A DNA stretch of 59,596 bases, filler included, from Sphacelaria rigidula (taxonomy: Eukaryota): NCBI GenBank assembly GCA_964200075.2. It is 5 parts of 5 records of this genome, joined end to end, with 100 filler letters (N's around TTAATTAATTAA, not from the genome) between each part and the next. Parts side by side here need not be neighbours in the genome. Positions count along the whole stretch, not along the records: positions 23,882 to 35,721 come from CAXNAA020004437.1; positions 35,822 to 47,659 come from CAXNAA020004438.1; 3 more parts are not named here. The stretch is one strand, 5' to 3'. Shown here one piece after another: positions 26,801 to 38,583 of this stretch; the stretch's first letter is position 1, and every line of letters begins with the position of its first letter. The notes under the pieces are model-generated. The model ran no database searches. It was not told the origin of the DNA and saw nothing but the letters and a program-made list of their open reading frames with translations. Made by a program: the position numbers and the translations under genes.

Positions 26801-28835
26801 TGGCACCACCACTCCCCAGGTCACCCAAACCTCATTCTGGGGCCATAGGAGGGGATGGGGGGGGGGACCCCGGGTACCCTATTTGAGGAGGAGGGGTATC
26901 CCCCTGATCGATGGATAATGGCGATAGTAGTTGCTTTGTGTGTGTGCATCGGTCTTATAACACATATCCATGTAGGGTACATGAAGTATGGTGTTTGCTG
27001 CTGTGTTCGACACTGCGTCCCAACCGCAGCGTGACGCGTTCGGCGGTACTACCTGCTCAATGCACAGCGGCAGGGTGCAGGATGACACCGCAGGACGTGA
27101 CATCCTTAGCCTATCCCTGTCCTGGTTTGATTTCGCGCTGTTCTATGCAGTTCGCCACATCATGAACGCAGCCGCTTGTATTTGCGGCCAAGGTGTACGC
27201 GGGATATCACGCCTCGCTACGCGCTATATCGCTACGCCACATTGTGTAAAACTGTCCGTGTTACAGCTACAGCGTGCGTTTGCCCCCGGTGGTGCACGCA
27301 GGCGTGAAAGGTCGCCTGCGCCGTGTATGTATCTTAGGCGAAGCTGTATGGTAACCCAGCCGCGGCTGGTGCGCGCACATATACCGAAATGTGGAAATCA
27401 GTGTCCAGAATAGATGGGACAACACACACAACACACTGTGCCCAGTACACTTTTAACATCGTGTTCGCACTGACTGTAGACAACTTTGTCCAGGGTCTGG
27501 TACATTTCCATCTATAATGCAGGGTCTGGTATATTTCCACATGTAAATGTATGTAATGTTACTCACAGTAAGATCGTGAAAAAACCCGCAATATCTGGGC
27601 GAACTGCAGTTGAGGCAATCGCCGAAATATTCAGCTGTCAACTCTGCTCCGGTGCACTGTAAGTGGATATTGTTAGAAGGACACTGCCATAACCACCTTG
27701 CCGGCTGCCAGACTGTCAGGACGTAGGATCCGCTAGCATTGCTGCTGTCTGTGCGGGGATGTTGCCCCCTTGTCAGGTAGGTGGGGGAGGGTCCGTGGCA
27801 GAACGCAGTGGTCGCGTCAAGCAGCTGCACGCTGAGCGTTCCCACTCAAGACTTCGATTTGGAGGATGATACTAGATAGGCAGCAGCAATTGCTGTGTGT
27901 CCAGGTGCCCCTTGGAGCAAGATGCGTGTGATTTCTGTTTGACAGAGTTTTCCCCCCAAAACGAAATCAATAGGTGCTTTAGAGTGGAAAAATGTAGAAA
28001 AAAAAAAGTCGCAAAAATCGAGTCGCAAGAAAACGGTTGGTCGAACTTTAACCCGGAGCAGAAACTAAATTCACTTCGTGAAATTGGAAAAAAATGCATT
28101 ATACAATGAACCCTGTTTTTCAAATTAACTGAAGTCCACACTAATAATATAAATTATCTTTAATTTTTGTTTGTGCAGAAGCAGTTGGATGGGATGGGAT
28201 GGGATGGTATGGTATACATATGTCTTGTTAATTTTTGTTTTTGGACAAGGGGAAGACAATAATATTATATACTGTGCGGAGTACACCTCTTGCCAATTTT
28301 CTCTACAGTACTGTCCAGGGTGTTGGAAATGATCGCCAAATTTTCATTGCTTGTCCTTCATTCTGCGCGATGACAGACTCTTTATTGCTAAGGCGATTCC
28401 CCAGAGCAGCGCTTTAGGAAGTTTGGTCGTATCTCAACATATTATTTTTAGATTAAAAAAGCGCGGTGGAAAAGAAAAAAATCCGGTCTGATGGGCTAGG
28501 ATAGGTTGTCATCTATACGTACGCCATTTCTCTTGACATGATGACCTTTGAAATCGGAGGGTTCATTTTCCAACCCACATTTTCGATCGGAATATACTTT
28601 GAAAAGAGACGGCCTTAGTTAACCCCTCAGCCCAAGAAAAAAATCGGAACATAATCTGATCTATTTTTATCCTATCCAGCACTGTTGTAACGCCCAACCC
28701 CAGATCCAGACACATGGGGCTTGTTGATTGTGGTTCACGTGCCATGCGACCAAAGTTTCAGCGCCTTGCAGTGACGACAGCGCGTGTACGACCGTACCTC
28801 CCGCTGAGCATCTCTACAAGCGATACCGGAACGAC

Positions 28836-28836
<1 letters not shown>

Positions 28837-28880
<44 letters not shown>

Positions 28881-29075
28881 GCCGTCTTTTATTCTGGACG
28901 CCGATCTATACCTTTCGGTACATGTGGGCGCATCAGCCGGGGTCGCGCAGGAGGAAGGTCAACACAGGAGCTTTTTCTTTTTTACTTGTTTCTAGTGCCC
29001 CATCTTCCTTCTGCGATGCTTGCCTTTACTTTTTATCGCGAGAGGGGTTCAGCAGTCCCCTTCCCTCGTCGGACG
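28837..29075 (-). mobile_element. Second copy of the same dispersed repeat, with an expanded (TG)n microsatellite
   Basis: About 20 TG units at ~28838-28878 abut the repeat body shared with 23265-23480 in a different contig. Confidence 0.75.
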
Positions 29076-32000
29076 GTGTGCCAGTAATAATGTATATTTT
29101 TTCGCCAGCAGTGCACCCTCCCAGGTGCTCATGATGTGGAAGTGTGGGTGTACCATGTGCACATATGCATCCACCCACAACAGTGCACAGAATCTAGGCG
29201 GCGAGATAGCCGCTTTGAGGGCATGTCGACCCTATATCAGTATTCGCTTAGTTTGATCTGCTCGGTGGCCGAGATGAGTTGTTCTCCGGTGCACGTGCTA
29301 CCTGCGTTGCGTCCGACTAGTGCACCAAGTTTCGCGGTGGTGACTCTCCCACGGTCGAGAAATGAACAAGCAAAGCTTCTGTTCACAAGTGCAATGATTT
29401 TCGTATGCGGGCCAAGTGCGGCATTCACATATACAATGCGGGCATCCCGATATATTTTTGTCTTCTTACATTTTGGCGCAGAACTGCACTAGTCTACGCC
29501 ACGAGCACATTCTCATACAAGACAGTTCCGGATTTCGGGGTCCACAACTTTATACTGCGTTTTAATGAGCTGTTGCGGCGTTACGGCACCGCAATAAAGT
29601 CGGCGGAAAAGCTGGAATAGCGCATATCGGACGGGAGTCCAACCAACAATTTTCGGGACGCACACACTACAGGAGGCGGGAAAAAAATGTGCGGCAATTT
29701 CCCCGGGGGGGGGGGGGGGGGAGAAAAAAATGTGGTGGGAACGGGGCGGTTACCGCGACGGGAGAAAAAGGCGAGGGNNNNNNNNNNCGAAGCCAACGAG
29801 AGGGGGGGGGAAGAAAAAAAGGGTGGGGGAGTGTGGCGGGGGGGGGGGGGGGGGGAATATGAAATATTGTGGGATACGTCATGTTTCACCGAACGAGAGA
29901 AAATGGCAAGGCGGCTGAATAACCCCAAAATCACTCATTTTTCATCGTGATCCCTGTTCAACATTGAGAATATATCCCCGTAAAATCGCCCCCGGCAGCC
30001 CTCCGGCTCTCCGGGGCTACCCCGTGAGATTCTTGGCGGGGGGCGCAAAATGTCGCGACGACGCCCTGCGGCCTAATGTGAAACGTTGCTCCGTAGCCAT
30101 CACTCTGAGATGGTCAAAAAGATCGCATCGGTCAAGTTCGCCACCAACCAACATAGCTAATTTCGGTGAGAGGCGAAGCAGAGTGAGGGACGTCAAAATA
30201 CCATCGTATGTAGCGCACGTCGCGGTTCTACGCTGGAGCCCGGCGACGTATTCAATTGGACACACTTTCACCGAAAATGCACGAAAGCTCTACCGAGTCA
30301 AAAGCTGGCGTCGACTGCCTGCCTACGAGTACCGCTCCTTGCCCTCCAGTACAGCATAGCGCAGGGCGCTCTTCTTGGGTCTTACTACACCTTGGCTACA
30401 ACTAGTCTACAACGCGCTTGTATGTAATGCTGCAGTAGATCTTCCGCAACACCACCCAACCTACAGGAAAACATGTACTCCGCGGAGAGTCAATTTCTCC
30501 TACTGTTGCATGGCGCATGCTGCTGTCTGTGTTCTTTGGGGATTTGTTTCGACGTCCTCTGTGAAAAAGCAGAAGGTGCGGATATAGGGAGCGGACCTTC
30601 GGTCGTGTCGGGTGTCGGAAAGAAAATTTTCCAAAAAAACTCCGCCTCTCTGCCGTTCCCCCACGGCGTGCTACTGTGGTACCAAAATGGACAGGGTCAG
30701 CGCCGGGTGGTGGGGGAGGAACACACACACAAGCAGAGCGAATCTACATACACATTCCCTGAGAGCGCGATAATCTACAGTTGCTGTACTGTACTGTTGG
30801 AAAATACGGGACCCACCCCCGGCGCGATTGTGGAATCATGATGTTGTCAAGGAGAACTTGCCTGCTATGATGGTCGCGGTCGGCAGCAGGATTTGATGTG
30901 CGTTCAGCAGAGCAAGTTGCGCGGAATTGTGCCTCTGCATGAAAGTACCATTGCCCTACAGCCACAGCAATACGCTCTATCCTCTTCCCTGCACGCGTGC
31001 TTCTCGTCCTTGCTTGCCGACCAAGTGGGGCTCACAGAAATAGCTACTACTGCTGTGACTGTAGTGGTGTCTCCACTGTTATTGCAAGCATATGCGGGAT
31101 AAATGAAGCTTTGTTGATATGTTTTTTGTCATTATTAATTCCTGTCATCTAGACCTCATGTCATGATTCTATACTGTGCCTCTTTGATTTTGATGCTGTG
31201 TCTGGTGCGTGTACTCTGCTCAAGGAAGGGACATGGAGCCGAGATCAACATTGAGCGGTTTGCAAGGTAAGGATATGACGCATTTTCCCCCATAAATTGA
31301 ACAAACAACGTATATTTTATCCCGTTGTTTCCCGAGATTTCACGAAGTGAACACAGGAAATGCATCGCTGACGGGGGAAACAAACCAACCGTCGCTCACC
31401 TGAGGGACAGCACCAGAGGAGGGGGCAGTTGCTTGCTGCCTGTGTACAATGAATTGAGTCACCGCTGTCAGCGGCATCTGCACTTTACAGCATGATTCAG
31501 CACGCGCCTATATTTCTCTCTTCCCTTCCTCTATCTCCCCCCCTCGCAATGAGCGTTCATGGCAAGATGTCCGACGATACCGCAGGGGACATGCACACAG
31601 CAAATCAACGCGACAACGTGTTCATATTGTAATAGCTATCGATCTGCCCAGCGATCTGCGGCTGATACATATCGATCGTTTACAGGCAGTTGATTCTAAA
31701 CTGTTCGTACTGAACTTTACTGTGCTTTATAGCTGCTGTTGCTGGTGTTTTCGGCGACCTTTCCACTATTATACTGCTGTTTCCCTACACGACATGCAGC
31801 ACACCCCATGTAAAATGCAATTTACACCGAGCTCCCTCCCCCATGTTCAAATATTGTACCCAGTACAGGACACATCATCGTCGTGGGAACACCAAGCTGG
31901 GTCTTGGAGATTGGAGCAGGGTTGTATCGTCCGCGGATATGCTGCCGTCCTTGATTTCCATATCTAGCGTCCTTGAACTTGACACCTTGACGGTTCATTT

Positions 32001-34895
32001 CGGCAGAGCCCCCACCGGTCACCGCTCACTTTCCTTATACAGAACGTGCACCGCACCAACATCACATCGTGCTAGTCGTGTTTGCGGCGAAATGGGTGCT
32101 CAGTTTCCCTTGTGTAGAGCGCGTCCTCAACAACAGCACAATCATCAGTAGAACGGACCATCTCCTCGCTTGTGATGTTTCGACCGACTTCCCACAATGT
32201 ACTGAAGAGGGAGGAACTGCGGCAGTCTGCTGTGTACCAGAGTCTTCTACGAATATCGATACCGAGAGGTTGGACTCGGACAGGATGGGATGGTACCCCT
32301 CCGTCGAAGAGAAGAAACAGGTGGTGCGGACCCGTGCCCTTGTGCTTCAATGGTCATGTGTGACAAACTGCAAAATCATCTATGATCCAGAATCCATGCG
32401 CCGTGACGGTGGAAACAGCGGCATAGTGGATTAGCGTTTGTTCCAGCTGCACTTCGTGTGAACGGAACACGGAAACGTATCCCATGTTGTTATTTATCAC
32501 CTATCAAAATAAAAACGAGGAAATCAATACTTGCCCAGCCAGAAAACGCTCGCGCGCGCCAGTAACACCCACACGAACAGATTTTCAGACCCGGCAAAGT
32601 ACCGTATCTTCGTGTGTTTTGTTACTACGCCAGGAGCACTTCACAGGGAACGCTACCGTTGGGTGGTCTCCACGGTACAGACACTACTTGTATGGTGGTG
32701 GTATCATTCCTCCCTGCGTCACCGGGCTGATGGTACATACACGCGTAGGTGGTCCTCTCGTAAAATACTCCGGTACGGCAGGAAACGCTGAATTAGACCC
32801 GTCTCAACCTTTTTCATCCCCCCCCCCCCCAGTCCATGAGTATCACCTCTGGGTAGTGAAGTTTCGGCTCTTTTTTGCACTATGCCGATACCTGTCGGTC
32901 AAGTGTAGGTTCCAGCATAGTGCGGTGTGTCGCCAGTCAGGCATGACTGCACTGTACTGGGACCCCGCACTTTGCTGATGTTGTGTAATCATTTGATATT
33001 AGTACAGCGGATTTCATTTCTTTTGTATCACATCTGTGTGAATTGTGTCTGGGTCCGATTTATTACGTGATTTTTCTCCTGCCCTAGCTTGGGGTAGTTA
33101 GCCTGTGACCACGGAAGGCGTCCGCATTAGATGCTCAGTACAGAGTACTGCGCAGATATCGGAACGATTTTTAATGTGAAGTCAACAACAACAACAACAA
33201 CAACAACAACATGGCGGATCGGACTTGTGATGAGTAATCTTGACCGCACTGTGGTAGGACCCTCGCTGTACCTGCACTACTGTACAAATTTTGTGTCACC
33301 CTCTCGATGTAGTCACCTTTCTCAGGGGATGAGTATTCGCGCGGACCCCCGAAGGTCATCACCCATGGGTCTCGTGACACACCGCGTCCCACGACACTTT
33401 CCGCACACGCATTTCCACGTCGTGGATGATGACGTGGGGTACCCGTGGCGATAAGTTTGACCACCTTGATTGATGTGGACGCAAGATATTGAACACTTTG
33501 TGCGTCTGGTTTATCGCAGTATTTTAGGCCTTTTCCAGGCGATGAAATATGTCACGTATGAAATATGTCAGCATCGGATTAGTTTTCCCGGTAATGAAAT
33601 GTGATGTAAACTGTGGAATATATCAACGTCGGACGAGCCTTTTTTCCCTCGGGAATTTCCTCTGACATGATAGAACTACAATAGTACAGTATTTGCCGCT
33701 TCGTCCAATACTTGAAAGTGTGGCAATTTGGTAGAGTCAGTGCTTGAAAAATCCCCCCCAAAACGTGCACCCTACCGAAACGGGCAGTACGAACATGTGG
33801 TGATCACGCATCACCGTTCTCGAACACACTACCGAGTATAGGCCTGCAAAACGCGGAGTAGTGAGTAGTGAACCCTGAATAGTGCGACATCATAATGCGT
33901 CGCCCGATTTTATTGACGGTAAAGTCGCAAAAAACACCTCATGTAGTTTGTGAACACGAAGCTGCGGCAAGCCGGAAGCGTCCTTCCCGTTGCTGATCCC
34001 GCACGTTCTATTAGGTATTAACTAGCCCGTATTTTGATTATTTGCTAATCCCTGTATGTTGCAAAATGTATTCATATTTTGGGTCAGGCGAATGAGCAAG
34101 GGATGAGCTTGACCCCAAAACAGTGTATCTCACCAATGTACTGCTTCTCTACCCATCTTTACCCGCCTCTTAGACTGCGTCTCTACCTCAGCGTTCATAG
34201 CGGTAATCAATACAGCCCAACCCGAGAATTTCAGCAGTCATCATGATCCCTGTGAGATCGCTTCTATCAGTCTGAAAACGGACTCTCTGAGAACTGCCCT
34301 TTTTGAGCCTTCTATCGCGTTTTTTTGGCGTAATACAGGCCTTGGCGGATTTGCCCTCCTCGGCAAGATCTGCTATGTTTTTCACGAGGATTCTCGCACA
34401 CGTGTTTCCGATTTTCGTGCGCCCAGTTTTACTCTTGGCCGGATTCTGGATTTTTTTAGTCGCCTCGAAAATCGTCCAGTTTTCAGAGAGCCCGTTTTCA
34501 GACTAGAAGAGGCGGCCTGACAATCCATTCTGGCGACATCACGAACCACCCTGAGTCCTCGCTACAACCCACTCCCATCACCCCGCAGATAATCTAATGT
34601 TGTCTTTACACTCGATACCTCGACTTCCCCACCCCCATCATCTCAGCCCCGTTTTCATCAAAACGTATGTATTTTCACGCCACGTAGGGACAGACGTGTA
34701 ATCAACGCCTAGGCGTGCGGCAATCAAACTTGCCACGGTGTGTCACATTCCATTCTCGATCCTCCTGTCTCTGCCTCCCACGACATGTACCTTGCGAAGC
34801 ACATCAACAGTATCATCACCCCCCCCCTCTATCCCCCTCCCTCCCTCTCTCTCTCTTGTTTCCCGCTTTGTTCCCCCCATGTTGGCCACCGTCAG

Positions 34896-35263
34896 AGCCT
34901 GAACCACCAAGTCCGGCCTCGATTACTGCACATCCCTCGTCCCACAGCGACCGGACAGCCACAGTAAGGGCTGGTGGTGGTACCGGTGCTGCGGGATCAT
35001 CAAGATCAGACAACAGTCACGGCACTGGCATGGACGCTGTCCCTCTGGCACCCGCATCTTCTCTGAATGAGACAGCTGCGTCTGCGAGAATGTCATATTC
35101 CAAACGACCATCAGCAGGGTCGACAAGGTCGACGAGGTCGTCGAGAGGAGCAAGCGGAGGGAAGGGAAGGGGGCGCGTGGGGATGGTGGTGCTGTTGGCG
35201 TATGTGGTGGCCTGGTACGGACTGACGGTGCTGTATAGCGTGTACAACAAGGCCGTCCTGGAG
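34896..35263 (+). CDS. Exon of a triose-phosphate/sugar-phosphate translocator (TPT family, DMT superfamily); gene partial
   Basis: Polypyrimidine tract plus CAG acceptor at 34895 (alternative start ATG 35029). A Ser/Ala/Arg-rich leader is followed by VVLLAYVVAWYGLTVLYSVYNKAVLE|GTAT, matching the TPT TM1 signature WY......YNK..L. Confidence 0.8.
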
Positions 35264-35721
35264 GTATATCAGCAGTAAAAAATCATCAAAGAAGGGAGAA
35301 AAGAGAAATCGTGGAGGAAGATCGCCTTTTGACCACTGACACACGAGTACGTTTCCTGTCATGCAAAACGCTACCGAAGAAGAAATTTTGCTGCAGACTT
35401 GTGATAACCGCCAGACCTTGGCATGGAATGTGTTTCGTCTAACAGGTCTGACTGGTTGAGTGTAAACCATCTCTGAATCCCCCTCCATCCATTTGGGCGC
35501 GGAACCTCTTTTCGGAATAGTTATTCACTGTCGGTCTTCAATCAGCGGTGAACCCGACGCCGCAGCTGTGCAACAGGGTTAAAAAAATTCTCAGGCTTCG
35601 CCTGCGCTTGCGCAAGCGGGAGCCGAAGGCGACATGCGGCCCCCCGTAGGGCAACGGTCGCGTAGGCCCCCCTCCCGGAGGGGCCCCGCGGAGTAAATTA
35701 TTTTGTTTTTTTTTTCTGTCA

Positions 35722-35821
35722 NNNNNNNNNNNNNNNNNNNNNNNNNNNNNNNNNNNNNNNNNNNNTTAATTAATTAANNNNNNNNNNNNNNNNNNNNNNN
35801 NNNNNNNNNNNNNNNNNNNNN
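35722..35821. other. Artificial contig-joining linker
   Basis: Same N44-TTAATTAATTAA-N44 spacer. Confidence 0.98.
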
Positions 35822-38583
35822 AAGGATGGCGGGGTAAATGGCCAAATGACAAAGGCAAGCAACAAATAAGTACGCCCCCCCCCCCCTCTCCTCCTACAGC
35901 TAGCTCCGAATGACGTCCACACAACACAGGCGTGTCAATTATCACCACCTTCTGTCCGTCCAGTAACTCTTGTGCATAGCACAGCGCTGAATCCGAGCTG
36001 AAACTCGAAGAACGAAAAACAAAGCAAACACGCTGAAAAACAAACAACGGCACAAGAAAAGACGATAAAAGCCCAGCGCGAAATTTGCACCCCTCCTCAA
36101 CTCCATCCGTGTCCATCCCAACCTCTACCCCGCGAGGACGAGCGCAGCCAAATCCTGTACTAATGCCTCCGTCACATCTGGAACCCGTCTGTTGAGTAGT
36201 TGGTCTCAGTTGAAGTTTCACGTTAAGACCCGCACCCGAAGTCGACATCCCAATGGGTTCCCCATCCGATGACATACGCGGAACCTCTGACATAACACGG
36301 AAAGACGCTCTAATAATATAGAGTAACCAAGTTACACTTATCGACTCGTCTAACTCGCGCGTCCCCCAGGTTATCTTGGTCGATAGCTGGATATCGCATA
36401 TGCCCGGTATCTTCTGAGGTGCTTCATACAAACAAGCACTATAATAGGTAGGCTGTTAGCCGGAGGCTTATCTGTAGTTGCAGACGAGCAAGTTCGGACT
36501 GACTATTTTTGCGACTCCGCACAAAACGTGGCAGGACGCTTCAGAGAGCTCTCCGCCGGTCGTATACGACACCCAATCAGCTACTTCGTCGCCACTTAAA
36601 CGCACTTACATGTACTGGCAAAACAGGTTATAGACATGTCGTGGAAAATGCAACAGGAACCGCGCTCACAGCCTGCATCAGCGTCTGTGTGAGTTTGATC
36701 CGCCCTTGATAAAAAAAATCAAACACACAAAGCGTCGACGAATGTACAATAAGCAGCGTCAATTCCATGACCCACCTTACAGTCGCGGCCAACACGTCTC
36801 GCATCCAACCCCAAGGCGCGTATACATTTCTTTCACGCCCGTGACTTGAGGGGCAGCTCTCTCTCCGATTACGGATTGTCGAAAACCGCCGCTACCACAC
36901 GTGACATCGACAACGGGGAATTTTGGGAAACATCGACATTACTGCACACCCATTTTTTAGATTTAGAGTACAAACATCCACACTACTACACTACGACCAT
37001 CTAGCCTACAGGCCAAGACCTTTTTTCTTAAAAAAATATATAGACTCGAAGAAGCGAGAAATACGTATCAACTTGCTGTACGCCACTAATCGAGACGTCA
37101 CTGTCGAGCGTTCCCCGCTGCTGACAACAGCTTACGCAGCAACGTTGCACATGTACCGATCATCATCAACCATGCCAGGCTGTATGCAGCACACGGCAGC
37201 GTGTGGAAAACCTCCCACAAATACTATAATACGGGCATGAAAGGCGACCGTTTGAGCCGCCATTTCAGTTCTTGCCCATATAGGTGGCCTGTGGAGCAAT
37301 GATACGGTAGGGGTTGCAATTTCCTAGCGAAGACGTTTCTAGGGCTGCTCGGGGTGTTGGATGGGTCATTTCGAGAATCGGCATAATTTTCACGTGAAAT
37401 AACTGGCATACCCATTTCACGAAAGGCCCCTACGTGCAAGCACCAAGTTCCTCGGCGTCCGGTCCCCGGAGATTTGGGTTGCGCAGTGAGATCCATAAAT
37501 TTAGGCTCGTACAAGAAGAGACCCAGAAACACGAAGTGAAACCACCACCGTAGCATTGCTCTGTGAAGAAAATAAATAAATAAATCAAAACCACAGGCAT
37601 GAATAAAACAGCAGTGTTCACGACTTGGTTGATTTGAACCTTCCCGGAACTTTACTTGATTTGAGTGCAGCACCGATATTCGGATCTTAGGCGGGGCTGA
37701 CAGCCCCAACCACCCCTCGCGTGCGCAGGACGCGTTTCCGTCAAAATCAGCGCCTGCGGCGGCGTTTTGAGGTCTACCATCGCCACGCTTTGCCTAGGAA
37801 ACGCTTCACACCCCCGTCGCCCGGTGGTTCTCGGTTTGCCTTGGGTTGGGGTTAGCGTTAGCGTTATTTATAAAAAGCTACTTCCGACAGATTTCGTCAT
37901 CGACCAAGTGGAAAGCACACCTCAAATAAAAAGTTCCGAGAGAACTTCCAACACGCAACGGTCGACGACGTTGCCGTCACGAGATGCCAACACAGCACAT
38001 CGCTTACAATGTGCCTGTAGTAGTAATGTGACGACATTGTGTACAACACATATTCCAGCAACGACCACCCCGCGAAGAATACAAATCAGCTAGTCTTTCA
38101 TCTTTTGAACCGTTTCACCTGGCAGCAAGGCGATGCTTTCGTATAAAACACCCAACAGTTCCATCACCACGCTCGACTACACAGTCATTTGTCTTTCCAT
38201 TAGCGGCGCAAACATGGTGTCCTTGAAAATAAAACCACCTGTCTGCATGTATGGCACGGCCAGTCCGCGTGTGTCCCTCACATCAACAGAACGACAGTAG
38301 CTCCTTGCGATCCCATTAAAAACACATATGAACAGGAGAATATCTCCCCCAGACACTACCTGCGTATCACAGCCGTGTGGAATGTGATGGAAGAGCTTAT
38401 GATACTGGTGGTAAAAGTACGAAAAAATAACACGGTCCAACTCAAGCCACCTACATCCCCCTGCAAGCAGAACAAAACAAAACAAAACAAAACCGTAAAA
38501 AAAAAGCAAAAAAAATAGCGCCGAAAAGGCGCACAAAAGCAAAACACAGCCCCAAAAGAGCACCAAAGCCAGGAGGGGTGTCA

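Noticed and set aside
27846..27848. In-frame TGA as possible selenocysteine
   Set aside because: There is no redox-motif context, no recognisable selenoprotein family and no identifiable SECIS.
29690..29860. G-rich, G-quadruplex-like tracts here and at 1-100, 23882-23950 and 35580-35720
   Set aside because: They flank an N gap or contig ends and look like low-quality homopolymer sequencing artefacts.
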